Shown: one piece after another, positions 17,916 through 25,899 of the stretch
Numbering within the stretch: the stretch's first letter is position 1
Layout of the letters: every line of letters begins with the position of its first letter
IMG/VR virus record: IMGVR_UViG_3300017646_000153
Location: 1-25,899 of that record
DNA: 25,899 bases
From: a virus
Taxonomy: Duplodnaviria; Caudoviricetes
Reading direction: 5' to 3' (one strand)
Notes under the pieces: generated by a model
The model's input: only the letters and a program-made list of their open reading frames with translations
What the model was told of the DNA's origin: nothing
Databases searched by the model: none
Translations under genes and position numbers: made by a program

Positions 17916-17944
17916 AGAGGCCGCACATCGCGGCCTCTTCTTTC
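17916..17944 (+). terminator. Probable intrinsic terminator upstream of the recombinase
   Basis: AGAGGCCGC-ACATC-GCGGCCTCT followed by TCTTTC. Confidence 0.55.
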
Positions 17945-18102
17945 GGTTGGACCGTTCGTTCGACCGCGCCCCGAACGCCCGTGCGGGCCACCCGTGCGCC
18001 CACAACACCCGCGCTGGAGGCCTGCGGCCAAGGCGAGGTAACTGTGTGGTCGGCGCGGTACGTCGCCCGCCAAACGAACGTCCACGAACCCGAGGAGAAC
18101 CC

Positions 18103-19917
18103 ATGAGCAAGAACGGAACCAAGCCGGCGGTCGGCTATATCCGCATGAGCACCGACAAGCAGGAAGATAGCCCGGCCCGGCAACGCCGCGACATCGAAGC
18201 GCTGGCCGAACGCCTTGGCTACCGCACTATTTCCTGGTACGAAGACCACGGCCTGACCGGCACCGAGTCTGCCAACCGGCCCGAGTTCCGCCGGCTATTG
18301 AACAATGCCAAGGGCGGAAAGTTTCAGGCGGTGCTGCTGTCGGAACAAAGCCGCATGTCGCGCGAGGACGTTTTCGACGCGATGGTGCATTGGAAACTGC
18401 TTCGCGACGCTGGCGTGAAGATCGTCACCTGCCAGCGCGGCGAGCTCGACTTCAGCAATCTCGGCGGCGTCATCACGGCCATCGTCGATCAGTACGGTGC
18501 CCGCGATGAGTCGGTGAAGCTGGCGCAGCGCGTCGCAAGCGGCCAGCGTTTGAAAGCGAAGCAGGGGCAGCGAATTGGCGGGATCGTGTTCGCCTACGAC
18601 CGTGATGTCTTTGACGACGCCGGCAAGCATGTGAAGCGGATTCATTTCCGCGACCGGTTTCGCAAGCCACCGACCTGGCGAACCAAGCTCGTTCCTTCCG
18701 ACGACCACAACGCCGTCGCCGGCGTCCAATGGGCGTTCGACTCCATCCGACAGGGCCAATCGATCGGTTACGTCATGAAAGGGCTGAATAAACGCGGCCT
18801 GACGACGACGCACGACAATCCGTTCACGTTTACCACCACGATCAACCTGCTAACCAATCCTGCTTACGCCGGCGTGCTGCGGGTCGGAAAGTACTCGCGC
18901 GGCAAGTTCTCGTCGGTTGCGGAAGACGGAATGATCGTGGTCGAGAACGCTCACGAGCCGATAGTCGATCCAGAAGTGTTCGAGCAAGTGCAGCAGGTTT
19001 TGCTCGACCGCAAGAGCCGAACGCCGCGGGCCAGGCCTGAACAATATGTGTTGAGCCGCATCGTGACTTGCCAGCACTGCGGCATTCGCATGTACGGCGT
19101 GCGACGCAGCAAACGCGACAAGCACGTTGCGTTCTATCAATGCAATCCGTCTCCCGGCGTCATGCCTTACAGTCCCAATTGTCCGCACCCGGCCGTCCGC
19201 GCTGACCGGCTCGAAGCGTTCGTGCTGGAGATGATTCGTGAGCGCTTGCTCGATACCGGCGTGGAGCAGCAGATCCGCGACGCCATTCTGCGGGCGAAGC
19301 GGAAAGACGCCACGAAGGTTTCGCGCGACGAACGCCGGCTGGGCGACCTACGCCGCAAGATTGATCGCGGCACCGAAAACCTGGCGTTGGCGGACCGCGA
19401 CGACTTCCTCGCCATATCGAAACTGCTCACCCGCTGGCGTGAGGAGGAAGCCGAGTTGGTCGAACAGATCGAGCGTCGCGGCCGCGAACTTGAGCCGCTA
19501 CCCGACGCCCTGCGTGTGCTGGCCCGGCTATCCGAAGTTCCTGGCAACCTCGCCAAGGCGGATCGCGCCAAGCTCGCTCATGCAATTCGCCAGACGGTGG
19601 CATCGATCAGCATTGGCGTCCGCGACGCGACCTCGGGTGAGATTGCCTACCGCGAGTTGCATGGCGAGCTTCAGTTCCACGAGGCATTCGGCCTGCGGCC
19701 CATCGCCATTCCCGACGAAGTCATTGGCCAGCGACGCATCTGGCGCGAGATTGGCGAGTTGGCTCGTCGCGCGAAGCACCCCATTCGGCTCGCCGACGTT
19801 TGCGAACTCATCGGCTCGTCATGCCCGTCTCGCGCTTGCCACAACATGCGACGGGCGGAAGCGGCCGGCTTGGTGCGGAAGGTCGGAAAGAACGGCGGTT
19901 GGGTTTCTGCAAAGTAG
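18103..19917 (+). CDS. Large serine recombinase (integrase) with C-terminal winged HTH
   Basis: ATG 18103 after GAGGAG; catalytic YIRMST; SRMSR; LTNPAYAG and HEPIVD recombinase motifs; Zn ribbon CQHC...C...C; coiled coil. Confidence 0.95.
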   Translation: MSKNGTKPAVGYIRMSTDKQEDSPARQRRDIEALAERLGYRTISWYEDHGLTGTESANRPEFRRLLNNAKGGKFQAVLLSEQSRMSREDVFDAMVHWKLLRDAGVKIVTCQRGELDFSNLGGVITAIVDQYGARDESVKLAQRVASGQRLKAKQGQRIGGIVFAYDRDVFDDAGKHVKRIHFRDRFRKPPTWRTKLVPSDDHNAVAGVQWAFDSIRQGQSIGYVMKGLNKRGLTTTHDNPFTFTTTINLLTNPAYAGVLRVGKYSRGKFSSVAEDGMIVVENAHEPIVDPEVFEQVQQVLLDRKSRTPRARPEQYVLSRIVTCQHCGIRMYGVRRSKRDKHVAFYQCNPSPGVMPYSPNCPHPAVRADRLEAFVLEMIRERLLDTGVEQQIRDAILRAKRKDATKVSRDERRLGDLRRKIDRGTENLALADRDDFLAISKLLTRWREEEAELVEQIERRGRELEPLPDALRVLARLSEVPGNLAKADRAKLAHAIRQTVASISIGVRDATSGEIAYRELHGELQFHEAFGLRPIAIPDEVIGQRRIWREIGELARRAKHPIRLADVCELIGSSCPSRACHNMRRAEAAGLVRKVGKNGGWVSAK

Positions 19918-19935
19918 ATGCAAAATGCGCATCGC

Positions 19936-20220
19936 CTAGTTGTCGCTAAGCTTTTTGAACATCTCGACGCCCGTCATTGGCACTTGGTCAAGCAGCACGT
20001 AAGACTTTTCATTGAAGTTCAGGAAGTGCCGAATGTCGTCGGCACTTTCCGTCCCTCCGAATACATGCTGATCCTGCTGATCGCTAGGGATTTTTTCTGC
20101 GAAGAATCTGGAAGCGGCGTCGCTATCTGTAAAGAACGCGGGCAGTTGCCCGTGTTTTTCGGTTAAGGCTCCGAAAACGCTGTCGCCGGCTTTGTTGGTC
20201 AGAAAGAAAACCTTCTTCAT
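19936..20220 (-). CDS. Hypothetical protein (94 aa)
   Basis: ATG with AAGGG upstream; convergent with recombinase. Confidence 0.55.
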   Translation of the reverse strand: MKKVFFLTNKAGDSVFGALTEKHGQLPAFFTDSDAASRFFAEKIPSDQQDQHVFGGTESADDIRHFLNFNEKSYVLLDQVPMTGVEMFKKLSDN

Positions 20221-20255
20221 GATCTAACCCTTTAGAGAATGCATTAGTTTCGGCA

Positions 20256-21032
20256 CTACTTGAACCATTTGAGAAACGGTTCACAGGCGTTCGACCAGAT
20301 GTCTTCAGTACGCCACTTCGGCCCGCTCGTCCCGTTCATAGACAACAGAAACCCAAACTCTACGCTCACCCAGGTCCAATCGATCTGCTTGACGCCCTGA
20401 ATCCTGGCTCCTAGTTCGGCGAGCGACCGGCAATCGGACGCCTTCGGGATTAACCTCTCAGAATCCGAATGATCATGAACCAGCGATAAGCGGGACTCGT
20501 CAAATGCGAAGTATAACTTTTGTCGCGGAAGCGCCTCGAGCAACTTGCCTGCATCTTCATCCTTTTCCTTCTTTCCCGGCTCGGGCGGGCTCATGGTCCC
20601 CGCGCTCACAATAACGTCGACTGGTCTGCTCGCTACTAGCTGTGCCTTCGCTGCATACGAGTCAAACGAGCCATCTTTGAGAGCAGCGAAGAATTCATTC
20701 CAAATCCAATTTGGACGAACGATCCACGACTTGCCGACGCCGGTGGTCTTAAAAAACTCGCTGGCTGTCGATCCGATCCCCTTCTCAAAGCAAATGCCAG
20801 CAAAAAGGTCGCCACAGGGTTCGGCAGTCTTCGCCACATACTTGCCATAGTGGTACGCCGGATCATCTGACCCAGGACAGATCCACCAAAACGTGTTGTC
20901 AGGGCGGAATCGATTGAATGGCACCAGCGAAATGCTCTCGCCGAATTCCGGCCGCGAGTAGTCACGCAAGGCGTGCGCAAGGTCGCTCGAAGTGGCGTGC
21001 GATGTAGCGGGCTGCGATGGTGCGTCCGTCAT
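20256..21032 (-). CDS. Hypothetical cargo protein (Trp-rich)
   Basis: Long ORF with globular composition; start 21032 or 21053; no recognised motif. Confidence 0.65.
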   Translation of the reverse strand: MTDAPSQPATSHATSSDLAHALRDYSRPEFGESISLVPFNRFRPDNTFWWICPGSDDPAYHYGKYVAKTAEPCGDLFAGICFEKGIGSTASEFFKTTGVGKSWIVRPNWIWNEFFAALKDGSFDSYAAKAQLVASRPVDVIVSAGTMSPPEPGKKEKDEDAGKLLEALPRQKLYFAFDESRLSLVHDHSDSERLIPKASDCRSLAELGARIQGVKQIDWTWVSVEFGFLLSMNGTSGPKWRTEDIWSNACEPFLKWFK

Positions 21033-21152
21033 GTCGGTCAAGCCTGTTGGCACATTCGTTGGAACTGAAAACGATGCGCGACCAATCTTATCAGGTGTGA
21101 TTCGTTGCGACTATCTAGGCCGGCGGATGATTCACAGGCAATAGCGACGCAT

Positions 21153-21195
21153 TTGAAAACGATCCAAGTCTCTCAACGCAGTACAACCCGCGACC
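21153..21195 (+). repeat. attR of inserted element (crossover CA at 21184-21185)
   Basis: TTGAAAA-N12-CTCAACGC-AGTA-CA-ACCCGCGACC; portal frame resumes here. Confidence 0.8.
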
Positions 21196-21735
21196 ACCTA
21201 CGGCGAATTCAAGCGCGAGCTGCTGAACGAAATCTGCCGCTGCCTCAACATGCCGTACAACATCGCGGCCTGTAACAGCAGCGGATACAACTACGCCTCC
21301 GGTCGCCTCGACCACCAGACTTATTTCAAGGCGATCCGCGTCGAGCAGTCGCACCTCGAATGCGTAGTGCTGGATCGCATCCTCGCTGCCTGGCTCGATG
21401 AGGCGGTTCTCATCCCCGGCCTCTTTCCGTCGGGCCTGCCGCCGATTGCCGAATGGCCGCACCAGTGGTTCTGGGACGGGCACGAACACGTCGATCCCGC
21501 CAAGGAAGCTTCGGCGCAGGCAACGCGCCTCGCGAACCACACCACCACGCTCGCCGACGAATACGCGCGCCGCGGCCAGGACTGGGAATCGCAGATTCGC
21601 CAGCGAGCCAAGGAAATGGCGCTCTTGAAAGAGCTTGGCATCGCACCGGTGGCGGCGCAGCCCGCGCGCCCGTCTGCCGAGGAGTCTGACAACGAACCGT
21701 CCGACGAAGAAACGGAGACCGCCGATGCCGCATGA
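21184..21735 (+). pseudogene. Lambda-family portal protein, 3' part
   Basis: QPATTYGEFKRELLNEICRCLNMPY...NYASGRL...HVDPAKEA; in-frame TGA at 21154 and no start before 21250. Confidence 0.9.
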
Positions 21736-23794
21736 GCAGCGTGAAATGCGATTCGTCAGCCCTGTTGATCTCGCCATCGAGGCGGCGGCGACCGACGACA
21801 AGCCGACGCTGGTGCGCGTCGATGCCTACAGCGGCGGGCTGATGACCGTTGCCGGTTTTGGCCCGGTGGTCCTCGATGTCGAAGGCATTCAGTCCCCTGA
21901 GCGCGTGCCGCTCTTAGCGGATCACGAGAACCGTATCGAAGCGGTGCTGGGGAGCGGAATCCCGGTGCGACGCGACGGGCGATTAGCGGTTGAGGGAACT
22001 TTGTCGCGCGCTAGCGAGCGGGCGATGCGGGTGATCGAACTGCACCGCGAAGGGGTGCCGCTGCAAGCCAGTGTGGGCGCGGAGCCGCTTGAAACGGAGC
22101 GGATCGCCAAAGGGAGGCAGGTGGTCGTTAACGGCCGGGCGATCCGCGCCGAAGCGTCGAGCTTCCTGCTCGTGCGTCGTTCGCGGCTCAAGCATGTCGC
22201 CATCGTCGCCAACGGGGCCGACGGCGATACCAGCGTCAACATCGCGGCTCAAGCCGCACCTTTGAAGGAGAAGAGCGATATGGAATTCGCGCAATGGATC
22301 GAGGCTCAGGGGTTCGTCGCAGACGACCTGGACGATAAACAAACCGCCAGCCTGCAGGCGATGTACGATGCGGCCAACAAGCCGCCCGGCACGGACGCCT
22401 CCGCCACGGCGGGCAAGGACGTAACCGCTTCCGCCGTGGCGGACCTGCGGGCCGAGCTCGCCGCCGAGACGGCCCGCGTCGCGGCAATCCGAACGATCTG
22501 CGCCGGCAAGCACTCCGACATCGAGGCCAAGGCCATCGGGGAGGGATGGGATGCCACCAAGACCGAGTTGGCAGTGATTCGCGCCGAACGTCCCAAGGCG
22601 CCGGCGATCCATGCCGCCGGCGATTACGGACTTGCTGAGTCTGAAGTCATCGAGGCAGCGCTTTGGATTGCTCGGAAGCACTCGGATGTCGAGAAGCGTT
22701 TCAAGCCGGAAGTGCTGGATGCTGCGGACCGGCAGTATCGCAACCTCGGCTTCCAGCAGCTGTTCATGATGGCGGCCGCGGCGAATGGATACCCGTCACG
22801 TCCTGGCGAATCGATCCACTCGGGCAACATTCGTGAGGTGCTGTCCTACGCCTTTCCGCCTCGCAGCTTGCAGGCTTCGCATTCGACCTTCAGTCTGCCG
22901 GGTATTTTGCAGAACCTAGCGAACAAGGAACTCCTCGTCGGGTACACGGAGGAGGACCAGACGTGGCGCGAGGTTGCCACCGTTAAATCGGTCAGCGACT
23001 TCAAGGAGGTCACCAGCTATCGCCTGCTGGACGACATGGAATACGAGGAGCTTCCCAAGCACGGCGAGATCAAACACGGCAAGGTGAGCGAGGAATCGTA
23101 CACCCGACAGGTGCGGACCTACGCGAAGATGTACGGTCTCGACCGAACGGACATCATCAACGACGATCTCAGCGCGCTGGATGATCTGCGTAAGCGGGTC
23201 GGCGGCGGCGCGGCGAAGAAGCTCAATAATGTCTTCTGGGCGAAGTTCCTCGACAACGCTGCTTTCTTCACGGCATCGCGCGGCAACTACATCACGGGCG
23301 CGGACACCGCTCTGGGCATCGACGGCACCGGATTGCAGAAGGGGATCACCGCCTTTCGCAAGCTGCGGTCGCCGGCAGCCGACGGCAAGAAGCGTGTGGT
23401 CGGCGGCCGACCCGAGTTCCTCCTGGTGCCGCCCGAGTTGGAGTTCGTGGCCCAGCGTCTCTACCAGAGTACGACGGTCAACAGCGGCGGGGCGGCCACG
23501 GCCGAGTCGATCCCCAACGCCAACATCCACGCCGGCAAGTACCGCCCGGTCGTCTGCGATTGGCTGAGCGATCCCGATTTCGCCGGCAGTAGCGCCACCG
23601 CGTGGTATCTGTTCCGCGCGCCGCGCAACCTGGCCGCGGTGGTCGTCTCGTTCCTCGACGGGAACCAGAACCCGACTGTCGATGTGGCTGAAGCGGACTT
23701 CAATCAGCTCGGCGTGCAGTTCCGCGGCTATCACGACTTCGGCGTCGATTTCGCCGAGTACCTGGCGGGCATCAAGAGCAAGGGCGCGGCCTGA
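21725..23794 (+). CDS. Prohead protease/scaffold fused to Mu gpT-like major capsid protein
   Basis: ATG 21725 after GGAG; N-terminal PLLADH...QASVG protease motifs; C-terminal SVSDFK, IINDDL, LLVPPEL, HDFGV capsid motifs. Confidence 0.85.
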   Translation: MPHEQREMRFVSPVDLAIEAAATDDKPTLVRVDAYSGGLMTVAGFGPVVLDVEGIQSPERVPLLADHENRIEAVLGSGIPVRRDGRLAVEGTLSRASERAMRVIELHREGVPLQASVGAEPLETERIAKGRQVVVNGRAIRAEASSFLLVRRSRLKHVAIVANGADGDTSVNIAAQAAPLKEKSDMEFAQWIEAQGFVADDLDDKQTASLQAMYDAANKPPGTDASATAGKDVTASAVADLRAELAAETARVAAIRTICAGKHSDIEAKAIGEGWDATKTELAVIRAERPKAPAIHAAGDYGLAESEVIEAALWIARKHSDVEKRFKPEVLDAADRQYRNLGFQQLFMMAAAANGYPSRPGESIHSGNIREVLSYAFPPRSLQASHSTFSLPGILQNLANKELLVGYTEEDQTWREVATVKSVSDFKEVTSYRLLDDMEYEELPKHGEIKHGKVSEESYTRQVRTYAKMYGLDRTDIINDDLSALDDLRKRVGGGAAKKLNNVFWAKFLDNAAFFTASRGNYITGADTALGIDGTGLQKGITAFRKLRSPAADGKKRVVGGRPEFLLVPPELEFVAQRLYQSTTVNSGGAATAESIPNANIHAGKYRPVVCDWLSDPDFAGSSATAWYLFRAPRNLAAVVVSFLDGNQNPTVDVAEADFNQLGVQFRGYHDFGVDFAEYLAGIKSKGAA

Positions 23795-23821
23795 GCGCCC
23801 CATTCATAGGAGCAGCATTGC

Positions 23822-24199
23822 ATGGCAATCGCACAGTTCATTCACGATGGCGGTTACATCGACTACTCGCCCGGCAGCGCCGTGGCGGCCGGCGATGTGG
23901 TGGTGCAGGGCGACCTCGTGGGTATCGCCAAAGGAGACATTCCGGCGGGCCGACTTGGGGCGCTCGCGGTGGAGGGTGTGTACGACGTGGCGAAGGAGGC
24001 CGGTGGCGGCGTGACGTTCGCCGTCGGGGCGCTCGCCTACTGGGATTCTGTGAACAAGGTCGCGGTCACCGATGACGGAGGCGGCGCTTACAAGCTGCTC
24101 GGCAAGGTGGCAAAGGCAGCGGCCGATGGCGATGCGCTGGTGCGTGTGCGGCTGTGTCCGTGCGCCACTTCGCTCGAAGCCTCCAGCAGCGGGGCGTAA
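23822..24199 (+). CDS. DUF2190-like capsid-associated protein
   Basis: IDYSP...GDVVVQGDLVGIA...GALAVEGVY...YWD; directly after capsid. Confidence 0.8.
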   Translation: MAIAQFIHDGGYIDYSPGSAVAAGDVVVQGDLVGIAKGDIPAGRLGALAVEGVYDVAKEAGGGVTFAVGALAYWDSVNKVAVTDDGGGAYKLLGKVAKAAADGDALVRVRLCPCATSLEASSSGA

Positions 24200-24202
24200 G
24201 CC

Positions 24203-24586
24203 GTGAGCGATCTGCTCGACCAAGGGTCCGCCTGGCTGGAAGGCCAGCGGAAGAAGCACGCCACGCGAGAGGTGACCTACCGGCGCGGCGTCGATGCGGT
24301 GGTCGTCAAAGCGACCATCGGGCGGACCCTTTTCGAGCAGGACGACGGCGCGGGCGTGACCGTCTGCATGCAGGTGCGGGATTACCTGATCGATACTGCG
24401 GACCTGGTGCTGGCGAGCGAGCCAACGCTGCCCGCGAAGGGGGACCGCATCGAGGAGATCGACGCCGGGCAGAAGCACACCTACGAGGTGCTGCCGCTGG
24501 GTGGCGAGCAGCACTGGCGCTACAGCGATCCGTACCGGCGGACGCTGCGGATTCACACGAAGCTCATCGCGACGGAGGCAGCGTAG
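24203..24586 (+). CDS. Head-tail joining/closure-like protein
   Basis: VTYRRG...ATIG...DYLI...P.KGDRI...YEV; synteny. Confidence 0.65.
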   Translation: MSDLLDQGSAWLEGQRKKHATREVTYRRGVDAVVVKATIGRTLFEQDDGAGVTVCMQVRDYLIDTADLVLASEPTLPAKGDRIEEIDAGQKHTYEVLPLGGEQHWRYSDPYRRTLRIHTKLIATEAA

Positions 24587-25012
24587 TTGGCCACGATCAT
24601 CCAGATTGCCGATGCCGTGGTCGCTCAGCTCAACGCTGCCACGTTCAGCCTGCCGCTCACCGCGGTACGGCATTACGTGCCGTCGTTCGAACTGCCGGAC
24701 ATGGAGACGCTGCACGTCACCGTGGTGCCGCGAGGGATTTCGAGTACGTCGCTGGATCGTAGCCGTGACACGTTCAGTTACGAGATCGATTTGGCGGTGC
24801 AGAAGAAAACCGACATGGCCCCTGCGACGCTCGACGCGTTGATGTCGCTTGTGGAGGAAATCGCGGACCACTTTCGCGCCGGACCGCTCGCGAGCTTTCC
24901 CGGCGCTCGCTGCATGGATGTGAAAAACGCGCCGGTGTTCTCGCAGGAACACCTCGACGAGCTGCGGCAGTTCACCAGTGTTTTGACTCTCACGTTTCGC
25001 GTGGTGCGATAA
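24587..25012 (+). CDS. Tail-completion/terminator-like phage protein
   Basis: 141 aa, TTG start abutting previous stop; size and synteny. Confidence 0.55.
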   Translation: MATIIQIADAVVAQLNAATFSLPLTAVRHYVPSFELPDMETLHVTVVPRGISSTSLDRSRDTFSYEIDLAVQKKTDMAPATLDALMSLVEEIADHFRAGPLASFPGARCMDVKNAPVFSQEHLDELRQFTSVLTLTFRVVR

Positions 25013-25022
25013 GGAGCGACGG

Positions 25023-25595
25023 ATGAGGTGGGTATGTGCCATTGTGATTTGCCTTGTGGCAAGCGGGACCGCAATCGCGCAGACGATTGAACCGCCCGAT
25101 CCACGTCTGGCGGCCGATTTGCCTCGCGAGATTCGCCAGTGGTTCCGCAACCCCGACGGCAGCTGCGTGCAGTGCAGTATCGGCATGTGCGGCGTCGATC
25201 AGAACATTCCCGCTGCGGCAACGCTCCTCTGGGACACCGAATATGGGCCGCGCGAGCGGGGCGGGTCGTACCCGTCGCGCGTCGCCGCCTACAGCCAGCG
25301 GCGCGGCATCCGCATTTACAACGTCACCGGGCAGAGCACGTTCGACTGGATGAAGTGGGCGGCCGAGACGGGACGCGGCGCCGCCATCGGCGCAGGTCGC
25401 GCTCATTTCCAGACGCTCATGGGCTACGACCCGCGGACCGGCACCTGGTACGTCTGCAACAACAACAGCCCACAGCGGATCGACGCCTACGACGAGGCGG
25501 CGTTTCGAAGGTTGCATCTGGCCAGCGGCCAATGGGTCGTGATTCTCGACTATCCGCCGCATCCCGAGCGGCCGCAATACGTGCAGTGGTGGTAA
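25023..25595 (+). CDS. Signal-peptide protein with papain-like (C39-like) cysteine peptidase motifs
   Basis: Hydrophobic N-terminus; GSCVQCS, AHF, CNNN as candidate Cys-His-Asn triad. Confidence 0.55.
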   Translation: MRWVCAIVICLVASGTAIAQTIEPPDPRLAADLPREIRQWFRNPDGSCVQCSIGMCGVDQNIPAAATLLWDTEYGPRERGGSYPSRVAAYSQRRGIRIYNVTGQSTFDWMKWAAETGRGAAIGAGRAHFQTLMGYDPRTGTWYVCNNNSPQRIDAYDEAAFRRLHLASGQWVVILDYPPHPERPQYVQWW

Positions 25596-25632
25596 TTGGG
25601 CAATGGGCTTTCCTAACTATGGAGAACGGAAC

Positions 25633-25899
25633 ATGAAGCGATTGGCGATGGCCATCGTCGCACTCTTGCTGACAGCGCAGGGCGCGACGGCGCAGGAGCC
25701 TGAGGTCGACACCGCCGAGGTGATGCGCCTCGGAAACATGGTGCAGCATGTCGATGGGATCGGCAGCGATCCGGCAGATAGCTTTGTCGAGGCGATGGGG
25801 CCGCCGGCCAGCGACGCAGACAAGTGGTACATCAGCGTGCTTTCCATGCAGGGGTGCGCCGCCTGCCAGAAGCTCAAAGCCGACTGGGCGACCAACCAG
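25633..25899 (+). CDS. Signal-peptide protein with thioredoxin-like CxxC (runs off the window)
   Basis: Translated by hand: MKRLAMAIVALLLTAQGATAQ...SMQGCAACQKLKADW; open to window end. Confidence 0.6.
   Translation, partial: MKRLAMAIVALLLTAQGATAQEPEVDTAEVMRLGNMVQHVDGIGSDPADSFVEAMGPPASDADKWYISVLSMQGCAACQKLKADWATNQ

Larger units (their letters stand above)
5347..21185. mobile_element. 15,839-bp serine-integrase satellite-like element inserted in the prophage portal gene
   Basis: Flanked by in-frame portal halves and att arms; encodes recombinase, primase-helicase and defence-like cargo; no recognisable structural genes. Confidence 0.9.

Noticed and set aside
17947-18102. N-terminal extension of the integrase from the ORF track
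   Set aside because: ATG 18103 has a strong RBS and puts the catalytic Ser near the N-terminus as usual
5347-21185. Intron, IS/transposon, ICE or complete second prophage
   Set aside because: No RT, transposase, conjugation or virion genes; ends look like serine-integrase att sites
21635-21724. Upstream TTG start for the protease-capsid gene
   Set aside because: Lies well inside the portal 3' part; ATG 21725 has an RBS and a typical short overlap

Overview
GC-rich prophage region; the gene set suggests a Planctomycetota-type host (inference). Helper prophage layout: small minus-strand genes separated by two type II hammerhead ribozymes, then a plus-strand head module (small terminase-like HTH, GpA-type large terminase, Zn-ribbon protein, portal, protease-capsid fusion, DUF2190-like, head-tail and tail-completion genes). 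The portal gene is split at codon 307 by a 15,839-bp element (about 5347-21185). Joining the halves at a shared CA dinucleotide (5345-5346 / 21184-21185) restores an in-frame 489-aa portal (...MEAEQPATTYGEFKRE...) and gives a symmetric 64-bp attP-like site. The element encodes a large serine recombinase, a P4/D5-type primase-helicase with an iteron cluster, a candidate cos-like site, a six-gene defence-like operon (RHH, MTase, apparently catalytically dead BglII-like protein, ParB-like, SNF2 helicase, DUF3883 nuclease), a HEPN protein and a copy of a helper gene with its upstream motif, but no recognisable virion genes. It reads as a phage satellite lodged in an essential helper gene, with its first operon coupled to the truncated portal. 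All family calls are motif recognition by eye, not database results.
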